Shown here one piece after another: positions 61,588 through 64,000 of a DNA stretch of 64,000 nucleotides. Made by a program: the position numbers and the translations under genes. Source of the DNA: Antedon mediterranea (taxonomy: Eukaryota > Animalia > Echinodermata); assembly GCF_964355755.1 (NCBI RefSeq), contig NC_092670.1, forward strand, positions 41,094,388-41,158,387. Direction: 5' to 3'. Under the pieces are notes generated by a model that saw only the letters and a list, made by a program, of their open reading frames with translations, was not told the origin of the DNA and did no database searches. Numbering within the stretch: the stretch's first letter is position 1; the number at the start of each line of letters is the position of its first letter.

Positions 61588-64000
61588 TGGGGTAGCACTA
61601 ACATTTCATTTTGTTTAGCCATTTGGCGAAAGTCAAAATATTTTTTTTAGTCAAATCAGTTTATCTATAGCCAAAATGGCTAAAGTCAAATTTTTTTATT
61701 TAGTCAAATGAATCGGTTTATAGCCAAAATTTAAAATTTTTGAAATATAGTGGTAAAAACATTTTAGTCAATTTATCTATGTCAACAGGTCTATACACTG
61801 TTCCCTGAACATTTTTGTAAGGCATTGAGATAAAGAACCATGCCTAAATCACTGTATGATTAAAAAAAATATTTTTTTTGTATTTTTTTTACATGATCAA
61901 AACAATTGTTCAAATTTTTTTTAATCATACAGCATTTATACAGTTATCAATTTAATAAGAAACATTTTACAGTTTTCTGAAATCCCCTGAACGATATGTT
62001 ACTTTTGTTTTTTACGCTTGGCTGGTCATGTTTGCATGTGACGGCTTCCATGGCGTACCAGGCGAACATCGTGTCCTAGAATCACTCAGAATCACCGCCG
62101 CGCAGCGGGTTAATGTTTTTAAATTGGGTATGCTCAAAAGAGGTGCGAAAGTGCAGAACCGCCGGCCTAGGCCTACAAAATTATGTACAACAACGCAACG
62201 GTATATCGTATGCTAAAAATATTGAGGAAAATTCCTAGCAAACGAACACTCGTATCGTTGTTAAACGTAAGATAATATAGGCCGTGCCAAAACACAGAGT
62301 ACGTCTTTCCATCCCTCAAGGCTGCGCCAAAGCGTCTGTCAGGGCGAGAAATTTATCCGATTATTATTTATTTACACAACAACACAGAAGCCGGCGGCCG
62401 GCCCCGCTCATTCAGATGCACGTGTGTGTTTAGCTAAATCCCCGTTAGACTCTACCATTTCCCGCATGTTGTTTTGTTTACACTGACGCACGAGGGAAGT
62501 TTATTAAGGCTAAAATATGAAACTACATTAAATCGGAAGACTCTAAAATGCATACATTTTTGATTTCAATAAGATTAAGACGTCATTCATCGAAGATACT
62601 ATGTTTCTTTTTAATCTGAAAAGTACACCCCTATCGAAAAATAGACAATCCCGGTAATTAGCCGACCGTCGGCTACGTAGTCGATCGTTTGTGCAGCGCA
62701 CAACACGTGATAGTTTGGGTAGACTTCATCATCCATGTGTCGTGTAACGTCTGTCTCTCTGTGCAGTCTACCTCTGCTAACTCCACCTTTTTGAAATAAC
62801 AAATAGTCCAGTCAAAAATCACCCTCACCATGGTATAAGAACGTACCCTAATAAAATTTCATCCGTAGGTTCTACGTATATAGGTAATAACATTTCTTGA
62901 TGTTGCGTCTTGCAAAACTTGGCATTTTACGAGAAATTTAGACTTTTATACCCAATTTATAACCGCCTCATGTCGTATTATTGTGTACAGCGAATGCGAC
63001 GAAGCGTGACTGAAATTACGAGACGCCGTTAGCGCCCGTTGAAAAATGCATTAACAAAGCTAAAAACCTACAAAACTAATAGTTTATACAATGATTTAAA
63101 TATAGTTTACAATAAATTGTATAATAAAATACATAACATATAGATAAAACTCAAATATAAACTAAAATATTTACAGATATGTGTTTAAAAATGTACAAAT
63201 CAAAATGGCCTTCCATAAAATAAAGTGCGCCCTCACGAGTCATACTTTTATCGGACTTGTATGGAATGGTTATACAAGGCATTAATATACGAAACCCGAT
63301 GCGATTTGTTAGTTATTGCCTCTGCAAGAGGCAGAGATTATATTTTCACAAATATATTTCTATTTTTTATCATGGAAAAAAGGATTGTATATATTTAAAC
63401 ACATTACAACCTCCAGTCTACCATCATGATGGATTAAGTGAATTGTGCCGTATTGTATATCTGCTAAAGCGTAATAATCTCCTAGTTATCTACCTAGTTT
63501 TATTCTGGACATTCTTTTTTTTTCACAGCATTACTTGTGTGGATATCACAATGCATTATATATTCGCGATTATAGTCAATGTTAATTTGAGTAAGAATCA
63601 TTTTTATATGACAGTCCATTTCGCGTATACGATTTAAATTAATAAAGTCGTCTGAAATATTTTCTTATTGGTTATCCGCAACGAAGTTAATCCTTGTGAT
63701 TGTTAGTTTTGTTTAAGTTTCTTTGAATTGATTCATCCATATCGTATGATGTGTGAGACAATTTCGTCTTTTAGAAAATGTAATCCTGCCACCGAATATT
63801 CTTTATGTTCGAGACGTCTGACGGATAACTTTTACGTTTAATTAACTAATCTTCATCTTCACTTTTTGGGACAATAGCCTACATCTTCGTTTAAAACGTC
63901 ATTTATAAGCAATTGAACAAGCCAACAAATTAAACTACAGTGTTCTTCCAAGCTTTATAAATATTATTCAAATTCATTAAAATGCGTCGGACTCGGCGGA

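Overview
AT-rich, intron-rich animal genomic DNA, not prokaryotic. An invertebrate deuterostome such as an echinoderm is my inference. Left to right: (1) MCM3AP/GANP on the minus strand (ATG at 25393, running off the left edge). One of its introns holds an antisense single-coding-exon LRR gene, a CR1/L2-type LINE and a Penelope-like fragment with a hammerhead ribozyme. (2) A divergently transcribed ZU5-UPA-death-domain (UNC5C-like) gene. (3) TDRD7 on the minus strand (LOTUS, RRM-like, LOTUS, 4 Tudor; 48969 to 31957), whose intron carries a sense-strand cluster of six miR-92 hairpins plus possible diverged members. (4) A 3.06-kb foldback transposon with a 10-bp TSD. (5) A RING-B-box-coiled-coil-NHL TRIM pseudogene split by a LINE. 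(6) The last two exons of GALNT11 on the minus strand. Introns are full of MITEs, SINEs and minisatellites. A recurrent oddity is that many tandem arrays are amplified exon/intron junctions or exon ends, giving runs of up to 15 decoy splice sites. All gene and family names come from remembered motifs, not database searches. Coordinates were read by hand and may be off by a few bases.
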